DNA of 64,000 nt from positions 1 through 64,000 of the forward strand of contig JBBRUX010000016.1 in assembly GCA_038247415.1 (NCBI GenBank), written 5' to 3'. The notes under the pieces were generated by a model, which was given only the letters and a program-made list of their open reading frames with translations, ran no database searches and was not told where the DNA came from. The DNA is from Chitinivibrionales bacterium (GTDB lineage Bacteria; Fibrobacterota; Chitinivibrionia; Chitinivibrionales; WJKA01). Every line of letters begins with the position of its first letter. Position 1 is the first letter of the stretch. A program made the translations under genes and the position numbers. This document shows positions 52,094 through 62,258 of the stretch, piece by piece.

Positions 52094-52854
52094 AGCCTTT
52101 TTCGTGGTATGCAGATCTTTTAACTGCCAAAGGCCGGGCCAGTTCCGGGTATTTTTTAGCGGAAGGCAGTCGGGTTCTGGATCAATTGACGCATTCTTAT
52201 CCAGGATGCATCGAAGAATACCTTTGTGCCGATGGGGGTGTTCCCCAGGCAGCCTCATCAATTCCGTATCGGTCATTTTCACAGACCCGCATAACATCGC
52301 TTACTCAGTTAGCAACGGCACCAGCGCTTATTGCAGTTGTCAAGATACCCGAACCATCTTTACAGAGTGATCCCCCACAGGTGAGTGGAAATAGAATTCT
52401 TGTTCTCGAAGGAATCCAGGATCCGGGCAATGTGGGTACTCTTATCCGGTCTGCTGCGGCATTTAATTTTGATGCAGTGTTTCTCGACCTTGTTTGTGCC
52501 GATCCGTTTTCACCCAAGGCCGTAGCTGCTACAGCAGGAGGTGTTTTGTCGGTTATGCTGTGGCGAGGAGCGGCGTTTTATGATGCGTTGGCACGTTTGC
52601 AAAAAACCTGTGGATTTTCTCTTATGATAACCGACGTTCATGGGGATTCCTTGCTTGCTCCCAGTGAACTTGATTTAAAATGTATGCTCGCTTTGGGCAA
52701 CGAAGGCAATGGAATTAGCACGAAGCTTCGTGCAATGGCAGATTGTACGGTTACTATTCCTATACAAAAGAATAATGTAGAATCGCTTAATGTTGCTGCA
52801 TGCGGGGCAATTTGCATGTATATGCTGCAAGGAAAGCTCGATAGCCCTGTTTAG
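52057..52854 (+). CDS. TrmH/SpoU-family RNA methyltransferase
   Basis: IQDPGNVGTLIRSA, LGNEGNG, ESLNVA; start uncertain. Confidence 0.9.
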   Translation: MAPPFRGGCTILKPFSWYADLLTAKGRASSGYFLAEGSRVLDQLTHSYPGCIEEYLCADGGVPQAASSIPYRSFSQTRITSLTQLATAPALIAVVKIPEPSLQSDPPQVSGNRILVLEGIQDPGNVGTLIRSAAAFNFDAVFLDLVCADPFSPKAVAATAGGVLSVMLWRGAAFYDALARLQKTCGFSLMITDVHGDSLLAPSELDLKCMLALGNEGNGISTKLRAMADCTVTIPIQKNNVESLNVAACGAICMYMLQGKLDSPV

Positions 52855-53999
52855 GATGGTTTAGCCAGAGTAATTCTTGCCCTTCCACCTTTTTTTGAAG
52901 CATACATAGCTTCATCGGCGCGCTTGACAAGGTCGGTATCATCTTCTCCATCGACTGCTTCTGCAATACCAATAGAAATTGACGTACTGCCAAATTTGAA
53001 CGAGCTAAATTGTTTTTGGATACGTTCGGCTACAACGATCGAAGATGCCTGATCGGTTTCTGGTAAAAGTACCACAAATTCATCGCCACCATACCTGAAT
53101 CCGGCATCGATATCTTTACGGATGCAAGCCTTAATGACCATAGCCAATGACCGCAATACTTGATCGCCGCGTTGGTGCCCCATGGTATCGTTGTACTCTT
53201 TAAAATGATCTACATCTAAAAGAATCAGCGATAATGTGCGCCCGGGGTTTCTTTTTAAGCGTCCCAATTCCCGTCGTATCTGATCGTAAAAATGCCGCGA
53301 ATTGTAGAGTTCGGTAAGGCTATCGGTAATAGCAAGCTTTTCGAGGAGCTCATTTTTTTTAAGAAGCTCGAATTCGAGTTTCTTTTTCTCGGTGATATCT
53401 TTAGCGGTAATGACCAGCCCCTTTATTTGGCCTGCCTCTTCTTTCATTTCTGAAATGGAGAAGTTTAAATGAATAATTTCCCCTTGGCTCGTTTTCATAG
53501 GGATTTCTTCGTTGGTCGATTTGCCAAATTGTAAAACGGCATCGGTAACTTTTCGATAATCCGACACGTTGATAAAAAGCATGTCGAATGGCTTGCCTAC
53601 AATTTCTGCTTGCGTATAGGCAAAATGCAGTTCTGCGCCACGGTTAAATTTTAAGATTAGACCTTCGGTATCGACTGTAAAAATAATGTCGGTTGAATCC
53701 TGCATAATGCTTTCGAAGTATTTCGCGATATTTTGGTAGCGCCTGCCTGTGGTGGTGAGCTTGTCGATCTTCTGAGTGAAATGCGCCGAATACTTTCTCA
53801 GCCACAAATACTGTGTCACAGCCCAGGCTGCCGATAACAATCCGATAAAAAGCACGGAAAATCGAGAATGTTCTACCGTTATAGCGAGACACAGCAAAAG
53901 GATAAAAAGCGTTAAAGCGCTTAAACCAATGCGGTGAAAACGAGCAAGCTTCGCATCGGTAAACAATGCGAATTGATTAGGAGCGTATTTTTTTCTCAT
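52851..53999 (-). CDS. Membrane PAS-GGDEF diguanylate cyclase
   Basis: Two TMs, PAS, TDSLT, DVDHFK..ND..GH, RYGGDEF. Confidence 0.92.
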   Translation of the reverse strand: MRKKYAPNQFALFTDAKLARFHRIGLSALTLFILLLCLAITVEHSRFSVLFIGLLSAAWAVTQYLWLRKYSAHFTQKIDKLTTTGRRYQNIAKYFESIMQDSTDIIFTVDTEGLILKFNRGAELHFAYTQAEIVGKPFDMLFINVSDYRKVTDAVLQFGKSTNEEIPMKTSQGEIIHLNFSISEMKEEAGQIKGLVITAKDITEKKKLEFELLKKNELLEKLAITDSLTELYNSRHFYDQIRRELGRLKRNPGRTLSLILLDVDHFKEYNDTMGHQRGDQVLRSLAMVIKACIRKDIDAGFRYGGDEFVVLLPETDQASSIVVAERIQKQFSSFKFGSTSISIGIAEAVDGEDDTDLVKRADEAMYASKKGGRARITLAKPS

Positions 54000-54182
54000 A
54001 TACGGATATGGAGAAAAGTGTTATGTAATTATGTCCTTACTTAAAATATACCATTCTGACGAAGCTAAGTCACAGATTTATTAAGGAATTAGCACGCGCC
54101 AAAGAGGTTGTTGAGATCCTAAAAATACACTCGCTACCTTCCTGAGTGCACCTAAAGGGCATTAATGCATAAAAAGGATCAC

Positions 54183-54292
54183 TGATTTATATGATTAGTA
54201 TGATAAAGATGATTTTTTAAGGCAAATGCACTTGATAAGGTTTCAAGATAATCAATGTAATCAGGTAAATCACAAGAATCATCGGTTGGGAC
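54183..54292. repeat. 9-bp-periodic TGAT/ATCA fold-back element
   Basis: TGAT at 54183/192/201/210 and ATCA at 54251/260/269/278. Confidence 0.6.
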
Positions 54293-54540
54293 TTGGGGAT
54301 ATGTACTCTAAAATGCGCCACTCCGGAATGGCACAATGTATGATCTTTTCGGGATGTGTTTTTGAAAAAGTAGAAGGACTTATGTCCTTCTACTTTGAGC
54401 TGAATCTTTGTTCGAAAAAATTTCTAAAGAGAAGCGCGTCCAAAGAGAAGATGCATAGACGCCAACACAGCACAAATTAAAGCTGTTTGATCATAAGTAT
54501 AGTTATATGTATATTCGTAAGGATTTAAGGAGAAGCTATC

Positions 54541-54818
54541 GTGCATCTGTTATTTCAATGGGATGAAAAAAAAATTCTAAAAACATAGAAAAACACTAAG
54601 TATCCTTTATACATGCAAAAGAGGCTTTTTATGATGGTTCCCGTATAATTGCAAAAGATTTGGATCATAGTACAGAACGCGAAACCAGGTTTTATTGCTT
54701 CGGAAAGGCTGGAAAAGGAATCCTTACCGTGCGGTTTACCTACAGAGACAAAACTATAAGAATTTTTGGTGCGGGCTATTGGACAAAAGGGAAAAAAGTT
54801 TATGAAGAACAAAATTAA
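54541..54818 (+). pseudogene. BrnT-family toxin pseudogene
   Basis: Reconstructs to FQWDEKKNSKNIEKH*VSF...DLDHS...RFY...ILTVRFTYR...IRIFGAGYW; one A missing in the A9 run 54566-54574 and TAA at 54597-54599. Confidence 0.82.
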
Positions 54819-55035
54819 TTACGCTGATGGGGAAATTGGAAACTTTGAAATAGTCAAAGATTTCCTACCTTCACCATCCGACCTTGCAAAGATGGAAAGC
54901 AATGTTAAAGTAACGATAAACCTTCGAAAGTCCAGTGTCGATTTTTTCAAAGGTATTGCTAAACAAAATCATGTGCAATACCAAAGGGTAATCAGATCTC
55001 TTTTAGATACTTACGCAAACTCATATTCTAAGTAA
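54802..55035 (+). CDS. BrnA/CopG-like antitoxin
   Basis: DFLPSP..L, KVTINL...VDFFK...YQ.VIR.LLD ribbon-helix-helix pattern; overlaps the toxin 3' end. Confidence 0.82.
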   Translation: MKNKINYADGEIGNFEIVKDFLPSPSDLAKMESNVKVTINLRKSSVDFFKGIAKQNHVQYQRVIRSLLDTYANSYSK

Positions 55036-55218
55036 CATGGCAATGAGCACTTAATAAAAGCAGAAGACGGTAGAAGCTCTCTGCGCATTAAGAAAAATAG
55101 TAGCACTTAACAACTCTTTCAGCCAGTTAATTATTTACACAAAGAACAAGTGGAGTGCGCATAGGTTGATGCTGCGGCTAGGAAGACTTCCTTCGCCCTT
55201 GGCAATAACAACGAATCT

Positions 55219-56145
55219 CTAGCTCACCTCATTCAATGTCGAAATAACGGTGCAATGCTCAGCCCCACAAGAACTCAAGAGTTCCTTGATTTTATGTGCG
55301 CATTGCATATCGGGTGCAATAACGTAAAAAGCTCCGCCTCCACCCGCTCCGCTCATTTTTCCACCGTACGCGCCTAGAGCAATACTGTTTTCGAGCAGTG
55401 TGTCAATGTGAGGTGTGCTGAGGTTGATTGATTTAAGAATAGCATGGGCATTGTTTGCATGTGTTCCGAGTTGTTGCGCGAGGGAACCTGGAAGTGATTG
55501 CAAAAGGTCACAGGCTTTTGCAGATATGGTTCCCAGGGTATTATAAAGATCTTTGATTTTAGGGCTAGTAGCCGATTCTTTGAGGGTGCGTGCAAGAAGC
55601 TCTGAGGTTGAGAATTTTCGAGGTATACAACCTATAACAATGCACAGTTTTGGGGTTGGTAGTGTGTTGATTTTGGGGAGTTCGTTTGGTATGGGATACA
55701 GCGTACACCATCCGTTTGAAAGAGCTAGCGCAGTATCAATCCCCGATGCTCGCCCATGAAAATGCTGCTCTCCGGTATTGGCAAGGGACCAAATATCCAA
55801 AAATGTTGGATTGTAAGCTTCGAGAATGATTTTGGCTGTTGCGCCGCACAGTGCTGCTGAAGCGCCAAAACCCCCCTGCAAAGGTACTGTTGACGTTATG
55901 TCCCATGCACCATGAGCTTCTAAAAAGCAACATTTTTGGGTAAGAATTGCCACCAGTTCAAAAAACTGGTGGGCTTTGTCTTGAGGAATTTCTGGGTTGA
56001 GCGTAGAGCTCATGGCTTTTGGCGCGGGTGTAAACGAAACAGTAGTGAGAAGGGGCAGCGTAAATCCGCACGCAGGATATCCTCGCAAGATTACATGTTC
56101 TCCAAAGAGCAGCAGTTTTCCGTGGGCGCTTTTTCTTACCTGCAT
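55219..56145 (-). CDS. mvk: Mevalonate kinase
   Basis: GKLLLFGEH, P..GGFGASAA, HGRASGID, KMSGAGGGG. Confidence 0.88.
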   Translation of the reverse strand: MQVRKSAHGKLLLFGEHVILRGYPACGFTLPLLTTVSFTPAPKAMSSTLNPEIPQDKAHQFFELVAILTQKCCFLEAHGAWDITSTVPLQGGFGASAALCGATAKIILEAYNPTFLDIWSLANTGEQHFHGRASGIDTALALSNGWCTLYPIPNELPKINTLPTPKLCIVIGCIPRKFSTSELLARTLKESATSPKIKDLYNTLGTISAKACDLLQSLPGSLAQQLGTHANNAHAILKSINLSTPHIDTLLENSIALGAYGGKMSGAGGGGAFYVIAPDMQCAHKIKELLSSCGAEHCTVISTLNEVS

Positions 56146-57065
56146 GTAAACCCAACCTTACTTATGCGCAGGTGAGTTCCTAACCCATGCTTACAAAATG
56201 CTATGAGCGTTTCGTTGCCGGCACCACATGCTTTAATGAGAATATCGGGGAAATTGGCTTGAACCTGTGACGGTACGGTTGCAGGGATGTTGAGCGCATT
56301 TCCCAATTGGATGCCAAGAAGAGCGTGCCGTTTGAGATGATCGAGAAATTCTAGAGCGGTTTGCGCATGTGTCATCTGCTTTGTGAGAAATACCGATTGG
56401 GCGCGAAGGGTATCCCACAGTCGAGGTTGTCGTGCAATGAATTCTTTCCAGGCAGTTATAGCACTCGATGTATTGGCTCTGGCCGGGGAATCGATGAGGT
56501 GAAAGCTCGAAAGAAATGGAGGAAGGGGTAGGGGAGAAAATGTTGGAATTTCGCCACCTGTAAATACGCCTGATCCCCCAAAGGTACTGCAAGCAACATC
56601 GTATCCGCTGCCCTTCCCATTTTGAAATTTACGATGAATTGCCAAAGCATGAGTAAATACATCGTGCTTGGAAGGGCATTTTTTTGTAACAGCAAAAAGG
56701 ATTGCGACGGTTATGGCAACAGCGCACGCTGCACTTGACCCCAGACCTAATTTTTTCCCCTGAGAAAAAAATTCGCGTGAATCAATTGTGATAATCGCTT
56801 GTGGCCACAGAGAGGAAAACCCTTTGGAAATATTAAAATGCAGCATTGCCCCGTAAAGCATCGGATCTTCGATAATGGTTTCGTTTGTATAGCCTTTGAC
56901 CGTGGTTCCAATAAGAGTACGAAGCATAAAAACAGGGGAGCGGTGTATTGAAAGAGTTAGGTGCCTATCGATTGCAAGGCCGATCCCGGTTCCTCCTTTG
57001 GTAAGGATGACGTATTCTCCACATAAAAGAAGATTTGCGGGAACAGAAATGGTAAGTGGTATCAT
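56136..57065 (-). CDS. Phosphomevalonate kinase (GHMP)
   Basis: PANLLLCGEY, KLGLGSSAA, GSGYDV, KACGAGNE; operon context. Confidence 0.82.
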   Translation of the reverse strand: MIPLTISVPANLLLCGEYVILTKGGTGIGLAIDRHLTLSIHRSPVFMLRTLIGTTVKGYTNETIIEDPMLYGAMLHFNISKGFSSLWPQAIITIDSREFFSQGKKLGLGSSAACAVAITVAILFAVTKKCPSKHDVFTHALAIHRKFQNGKGSGYDVACSTFGGSGVFTGGEIPTFSPLPLPPFLSSFHLIDSPARANTSSAITAWKEFIARQPRLWDTLRAQSVFLTKQMTHAQTALEFLDHLKRHALLGIQLGNALNIPATVPSQVQANFPDILIKACGAGNETLIAFCKHGLGTHLRISKVGFTCR

Positions 57066-57109
57066 AGTCGTTCTCTCTTGATGCTTTAAAAATACAATGC
57101 TCGGTAAAC

Positions 57110-58057
57110 TTAATAAAATGTAACACCTGTGCCAACCGAGTCCACTACAATATTGTTTGTATCTATAATTTTTGAAAGTGCATACACAATTACAGGTACA
57201 TCGGGCAGCAGACAGATACATTTAATTTGAGGCCCCGCATCCATGGTCTCCCAAACTTCTATACCATTAGTACGCAGGGTTTCAATTTCTTTGAGCAATG
57301 CAATTGAGACTGGGTTCCAGTACAAAATTGGTGGTGTTGCAGAGAGCATGACGCCAAACATTCGCATTGAGCTTTGCCGGGTGAGAGATCCAAGCAAAGG
57401 GAGATCTTTATGCGAAAGCGCCTTGTGCGCTTGAGTGTACAGCTTGTGGCTCTGCTCGATCCAGGCTTGATAATAAGGAGACGTCTGGGCACTCTGGTTC
57501 ATGGCAGCGCGTGAACTAATGGTTTTTTTTTGTGAAATTGTGGTGCAAATAATAATGCGGAGCTCTGGCCAAAAATCTGGTGAAAACAATTGCGTCGCAG
57601 ATTCTGCACCTTTGTTCCATGATGTAAATCCCCCAAATACCGCACGGGCTGCAGAGCCCGAGCCAATGCGCGCAAGTTTTGAAATGTCGTTTAGATCGGT
57701 TGATACATTGCATAGTTTTGATACAGCAAGCGCAAGCGCTGCAAATCCCGATGAAGAGCTGGCAAGCCCCGCTGCAGCTGCAAAATTATTGGTGCTTTCT
57801 ACCTTAAAATGACATTCGGGAGACGTTTGCTCCCGAACATAGTCAAAAAAACGATTTGATTGATCTGGTGCTTGCGGTTTTCCATCTATCGTGACAGTAT
57901 CGGCCTGTGTGCAAAGAGATACCTTTGTGGTAGTGGTAAGCTTAGATAATGTAATTGCAAGGCTTGGTACTGCAGGAATGTTGATGCCATGAGATTCTTT
58001 GCCCCAATATTTGATAATCGCAAGGCTCGGGTGGGCAATTGTTGTGCAGGATGTCAT
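57110..58057 (-). CDS. mvaD: Diphosphomevalonate decarboxylase
   Basis: IKYWGK, GLASSSSGFAAL, GSGSAARA, TMDAGPQ. Confidence 0.92.
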   Translation of the reverse strand: MTSCTTIAHPSLAIIKYWGKESHGINIPAVPSLAITLSKLTTTTKVSLCTQADTVTIDGKPQAPDQSNRFFDYVREQTSPECHFKVESTNNFAAAAGLASSSSGFAALALAVSKLCNVSTDLNDISKLARIGSGSAARAVFGGFTSWNKGAESATQLFSPDFWPELRIIICTTISQKKTISSRAAMNQSAQTSPYYQAWIEQSHKLYTQAHKALSHKDLPLLGSLTRQSSMRMFGVMLSATPPILYWNPVSIALLKEIETLRTNGIEVWETMDAGPQIKCICLLPDVPVIVYALSKIIDTNNIVVDSVGTGVTFY

Positions 58058-59208
58058 GATGATTTTGAAGTTTTCTTTTTTGCATGTAAACGCATATGCC
58101 CATGGGTAATGCCTTCGGAACACAGAGCCCGCAGTGCTGCAAAATTTTGTGCGAGTCCCACTGCAGCTGCAATGGCGCCAAGGCGTGGCCCGGTGGGATT
58201 ACTAAGAAGTTTGAGAGAAAATTGAGCAGTTGGATCGGTGTTTGTAGATCCGCCAACTACGGCAAAGGGCGTGGGAATATCTATTGATCCAATAAGCATA
58301 GTGTCAACAATCGAATACTGCGTAAGACTGCGGTATTGACCACTTGATGCTGCAAAAAAATGGGCGGCAGCTTCTAGAGCACGCGTGTCGTTTGCAGTTG
58401 CGAGCGCTAATGCAGAAACGCCGTTCATGATCCCTTTATTATGAGTTATGGCACGGTCTGGATCGTGAAAGGCAATAAGACCTGCAGCTACAATTCGTTC
58501 TGCAATTTCTGATGATGTAAATAATGTTCTTTTTGTCGGCAACGCGGAAACTGGTATAGAAAAACGAGCCGTGGCCCGGCGCATGTGGGCATTATTAGAA
58601 AGGATCATGAGCAAGGGATTAATCCCCAAAGTTTCCCTAAGCCAGTTCCCAACGTGCTCGCAGCAGGCATTTACTGCGTTTGCGCCCATGCAATCTTGAA
58701 CATTTATGGCAAGTGTTATCTTTACAGAAGTTGTGTGTGGTATTCTTGAAATTGTTGCATGCGTTAACCCGCCACCTCTATTTTGCATTGATGCAAGAGC
58801 CACATTGGCAGTAGCGCAGAGGTCTGCATGAAGCGACAGAAGCTTTGCTACAAGCTGATCCGAAGATTCAGAAATAATAATTTGCCCAAGCATTAAAGGT
58901 GTTGGTGCTGTAGTAGTAAATCCCCCATGCCTGCCGATGATGGTTGCGGAAAAGCTTGCTGCGGCAATTACCGAAGGTTCTTCGGTGGCTAAGGGGATTT
59001 CGTATTTTTTGCCATCGATAATAAATCCAGTTGCAACGCCCAGGGGTATACCCGCGATACCAAGAGCGTTTTCGATGCTTTTATCTGCATGCCGCATATA
59101 AGCTTGTAAAGGATCTGGACATGAGAGAAAATCTGGGTCACCAGCGTTTACTGAATAATACTCCCGACGCTTTTTTGGGGTTGCGTTTTTATCAAAACGA
59201 AGACTCAT
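58054..59208 (-). CDS. mvaA: HMG-CoA reductase (class II)
   Basis: ENALG, PLATEEPSV, DCMGAN, THNKGIMNG, GHMRLHA. Confidence 0.92.
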   Translation of the reverse strand: MSLRFDKNATPKKRREYYSVNAGDPDFLSCPDPLQAYMRHADKSIENALGIAGIPLGVATGFIIDGKKYEIPLATEEPSVIAAASFSATIIGRHGGFTTTAPTPLMLGQIIISESSDQLVAKLLSLHADLCATANVALASMQNRGGGLTHATISRIPHTTSVKITLAINVQDCMGANAVNACCEHVGNWLRETLGINPLLMILSNNAHMRRATARFSIPVSALPTKRTLFTSSEIAERIVAAGLIAFHDPDRAITHNKGIMNGVSALALATANDTRALEAAAHFFAASSGQYRSLTQYSIVDTMLIGSIDIPTPFAVVGGSTNTDPTAQFSLKLLSNPTGPRLGAIAAAVGLAQNFAALRALCSEGITHGHMRLHAKKKTSKSS

Positions 59209-60305
59209 GGCAACTCTTTTCTCCAATCACCATTCAAACGGTATTGCTTGACTTTGCTTATAAGAGAGTCTGAAAGAATGAGTGGTACTTTTCTGAGTGA
59301 TGAAATAGTTTGCGAACCACTGAGCAACTGGATCTTTTTAAGATCGGTTCTAAGGGATTCTATTAATATACAGAGTGCGTCGACATGTCCTGCTTTTTCG
59401 GCTTGCAAAAAAGGTAGCGCCATACCAGCGGCCTGCGCACCCAGGGCAAGCGAACACGCGATATCTCGTGCTGTACGAATCCCCCCAGAAGCTAAAATTG
59501 TCCCGTCACTATCATGAAGGGCTGCCACATTGAGAGCGGTAGGAATTCCCCAGTGAGAAAAGTTTTCGGCCACGCCCGATGGATTGCAATCGTTGCGAAG
59601 CGCCTCAACGGCTATCCAGTTGGTTCCACCAGCACCCGCTACATCGATTGCGGTTGCCCCGTTTTCTAAAAGTTGAGAGACAAGTTTGGGTGTAAAGCCA
59701 AAGCCCGTTTCCTTTACGATAACTGGTATGGGCGAGATTGTGCAAAAAGAGGCGATAGCCGTAATGATGTTGCTAAAATCACGATCCCCTTCGTCTTGAA
59801 ATAGCTCTTGTCCAACATTACAATGGATAGCCAGGTATTGGACCTCAAGTTTTTTAAGAAGTTCAACAAATTGCTTAACGTCAAGATCTTTGAGTTGTAC
59901 GGCACCAATATTGGCAATAACGGGAACATCGGGTGCCCATTTTTTTAAATGAAAATGTTCGAAGAGGTCGGGTTCGGAGAGCAGTATCCTGACAGATCCC
60001 ATGCCAACCGGAATTCCCATGTGCTGGGCTGCTAAAGCGAAGTGGCGGTTTGCCCGAAATCCTTCTGCTGATCCGCCCGTCATGCATGAAATAAAGAGCG
60101 GCAGTGAAATCGTATGGTTGATAAACGATGATTCGGTTGAAATGTCCTGGAAATGTAATTCGGGGAGAGCATTGTGTACAATAGTAATCTGATCGAATGC
60201 GCTTGAGGTCGTATGAATTTTTTCGGCGTTGTTGACGCATATCTCATGATGGCGTTTTTTCCTTTGTGCAAGTAGTTGCGTCTGATTATGTGATGCTGTA
60301 TTCAC
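59205..60305 (-). CDS. fni: Type 2 isopentenyl-diphosphate isomerase
   Basis: RK..H, MTGG, VKETGFG, DVAGAGGTNW, ASGGIR; probable GTG start overlapping the HMGS 3' end. Confidence 0.9.
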   Translation of the reverse strand: MNTASHNQTQLLAQRKKRHHEICVNNAEKIHTTSSAFDQITIVHNALPELHFQDISTESSFINHTISLPLFISCMTGGSAEGFRANRHFALAAQHMGIPVGMGSVRILLSEPDLFEHFHLKKWAPDVPVIANIGAVQLKDLDVKQFVELLKKLEVQYLAIHCNVGQELFQDEGDRDFSNIITAIASFCTISPIPVIVKETGFGFTPKLVSQLLENGATAIDVAGAGGTNWIAVEALRNDCNPSGVAENFSHWGIPTALNVAALHDSDGTILASGGIRTARDIACSLALGAQAAGMALPFLQAEKAGHVDALCILIESLRTDLKKIQLLSGSQTISSLRKVPLILSDSLISKVKQYRLNGDWRKELP

Positions 60306-61563
60306 GGTATCCGTCCTGCCGAATCTGTTGTAAATAAAAGTGATCGGGCGGAACGTCGACACCCGAAAATGAGTGCATGCCGGTACTATTGGATGTCCAC
60401 CGAAGCCACTCATTATATCCGCTAAAATTTTCGGGTAATTCGTTTGCAAAAATAGAATCGAGATCCCATGACGCAATAATGCTTGGCGCACAAGGCATAA
60501 GAACTCCACCAAAGACAATCATGGTATTGCCAGATCCATAAGAGCACAACAATATTTTCTTGCCGATAATGGCATCGCCTTCTTCTTGATAGGCTGCGCG
60601 AAGCTGAAATGCAAGGTTGAGAAACAGTGCTCCATTGTAAATATTTCCAATGCGGGCAATAGCATCGGCCCCTGTGTAAAAATACCGCGTGTGCAGGATC
60701 GATTCTACCATGTGCTTATCACCTATTTTTTTGTCAACCATTAGATGTACCATTCCCGTGATTGCCATATTGCGAAAAGGAGTGTGCAGGGCAAAAAATG
60801 ACGTTTCGTTGAGTACGGTCTGGGGATTCTGATTCGATCGGGCACAATAGTCGTCGAAGGATGCCGAAAATGCTTTGGCATAGCATTCGATAGAATACCG
60901 CCCTTTTACTACCGCGGTTTTTTGGTCGATGGGTCTAAAAAAATCATCAACATCATAGCTACAGCTGCCAACATTGCGCATATCAAGCTCTATAAGTGTT
61001 GGGGAAAGACTTGCCCAAACGGCCACTGCTCCTGCGCCCTGGGTAACCTCTGCTGTTGACATAGGCTTATAGCGTGAAATATCACTTGTTACTATAATGC
61101 CCGATTCTTGGGCTCTTCCGCAGGCACACAGGAGTGCGCATACACTCAAGAGAGAAAGCGCCCCTCCAGCACATCCATTTTGAATCTGAAAGGTAGAAAT
61201 AAGCGATGGGAGTTCGATACCGCTTCTCTGGAGCATGCCCTGAATGTACGAAGCAATAGATTTAGACATATCTAGCGAAGTTTCGGTTCCTACAACCAGG
61301 TATCGAGATGATGCGGGGAGCAGGTTGCGATTACGCGAAAGGAGCTTTTTAAGGGCCTGTGCTGCAATGGTTGCAGAATCTTCCCACGAATGCGTAAATC
61401 GCATCGCTTTCTGGCCGGTTAGCGTTACGGCATTGCGGAGTTTTCTACCCAATTCTGGTTGTTCGATACTGCGCTGGGCTATAAGAGTTTCGAGCGAAAT
61501 TTGCCGAGAAGGAATAAAAACGCCAATATCATCAATACCCACGCTGTGTAGGTTATTATTCAT
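60286..61563 (-). CDS. mvaS: HMG-CoA synthase
   Basis: GTETSLD, catalytic CAGG, E.TQGAGA, DFFRP, HTPF, GNIYNG, SYGSG. Confidence 0.92.
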   Translation of the reverse strand: MNNNLHSVGIDDIGVFIPSRQISLETLIAQRSIEQPELGRKLRNAVTLTGQKAMRFTHSWEDSATIAAQALKKLLSRNRNLLPASSRYLVVGTETSLDMSKSIASYIQGMLQRSGIELPSLISTFQIQNGCAGGALSLLSVCALLCACGRAQESGIIVTSDISRYKPMSTAEVTQGAGAVAVWASLSPTLIELDMRNVGSCSYDVDDFFRPIDQKTAVVKGRYSIECYAKAFSASFDDYCARSNQNPQTVLNETSFFALHTPFRNMAITGMVHLMVDKKIGDKHMVESILHTRYFYTGADAIARIGNIYNGALFLNLAFQLRAAYQEEGDAIIGKKILLCSYGSGNTMIVFGGVLMPCAPSIIASWDLDSIFANELPENFSGYNEWLRWTSNSTGMHSFSGVDVPPDHFYLQQIRQDGYREYSIT

Positions 61564-61868
61564 GGAGTGCCTTTTTTTAGGATACCTACTCGGTTTGAAT
61601 CTACCCACCGTGTGTTAATCATACAAAGTAAGGAGCAGCTATTGTTTATAAATTCGATCAACATTGTTATGATATTGTTAGCGCGGCGAAATTGTTTGAG
61701 ACTTTTCAAGGTCTAATGGATTATTGGTAACCCACTATAGAACAATGGGCAGATGCTTCCAATATTTGTTTGCGCCGTCTTCAACAGCATTGTTTTGCGG
61801 CTATGATTATATATGCGCATATGCGGTATATAATGCAAATCAAACCAAACAAATAAGAGGAGCAATTA

Positions 61869-62258
61869 ATGCGATAGCATCAATTGGCGCTTGCCGTGTT
61901 AGCAGTCACCATTCCGCTCTTAGCGGATGAGATAGGTCAACGAGGATATGATGTTAATAGCAAAATTGAGCAAACCTTTCGCAATGCCCTTGGGGTTGAA
62001 GGTATGGCAGACGATTTTGAGGTTGGTGAAGATATTAAAGTTGATTTCAGTGAGTTGGGTAAAACGGTTTATTCCAGAAAATATGTTGATAAAAAAACTG
62101 GCGAAATAAAGCGAATTACCATCGATAATGCTGCTAAAGAATACTTGGTATGGATTAGCTTGGTCGAATCGATAATAGTTATATTAAGTTTTTGTGGCTC
62201 CGCTGCAATTGCGGAGCCACATTCGGTTACAGCATCAACAATGGAGCCTAAGTGCTAA
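61869..62258 (+). pseudogene. Exported hypothetical protein with a stop at codon 3
   Basis: GAGGAG RBS then ATG CGA TAG CAT CAA TTG, in frame with signal-peptide-like LALAVLAVTIPLLA. Confidence 0.55.

Noticed and set aside
4482..61877. Stop-codon reassignment as the explanation for in-frame stops
   Set aside because: The lesions include TGA, TAA and TAG, core genes end in all three stops, and RF2 is intact. Decay or sequence error is simpler.
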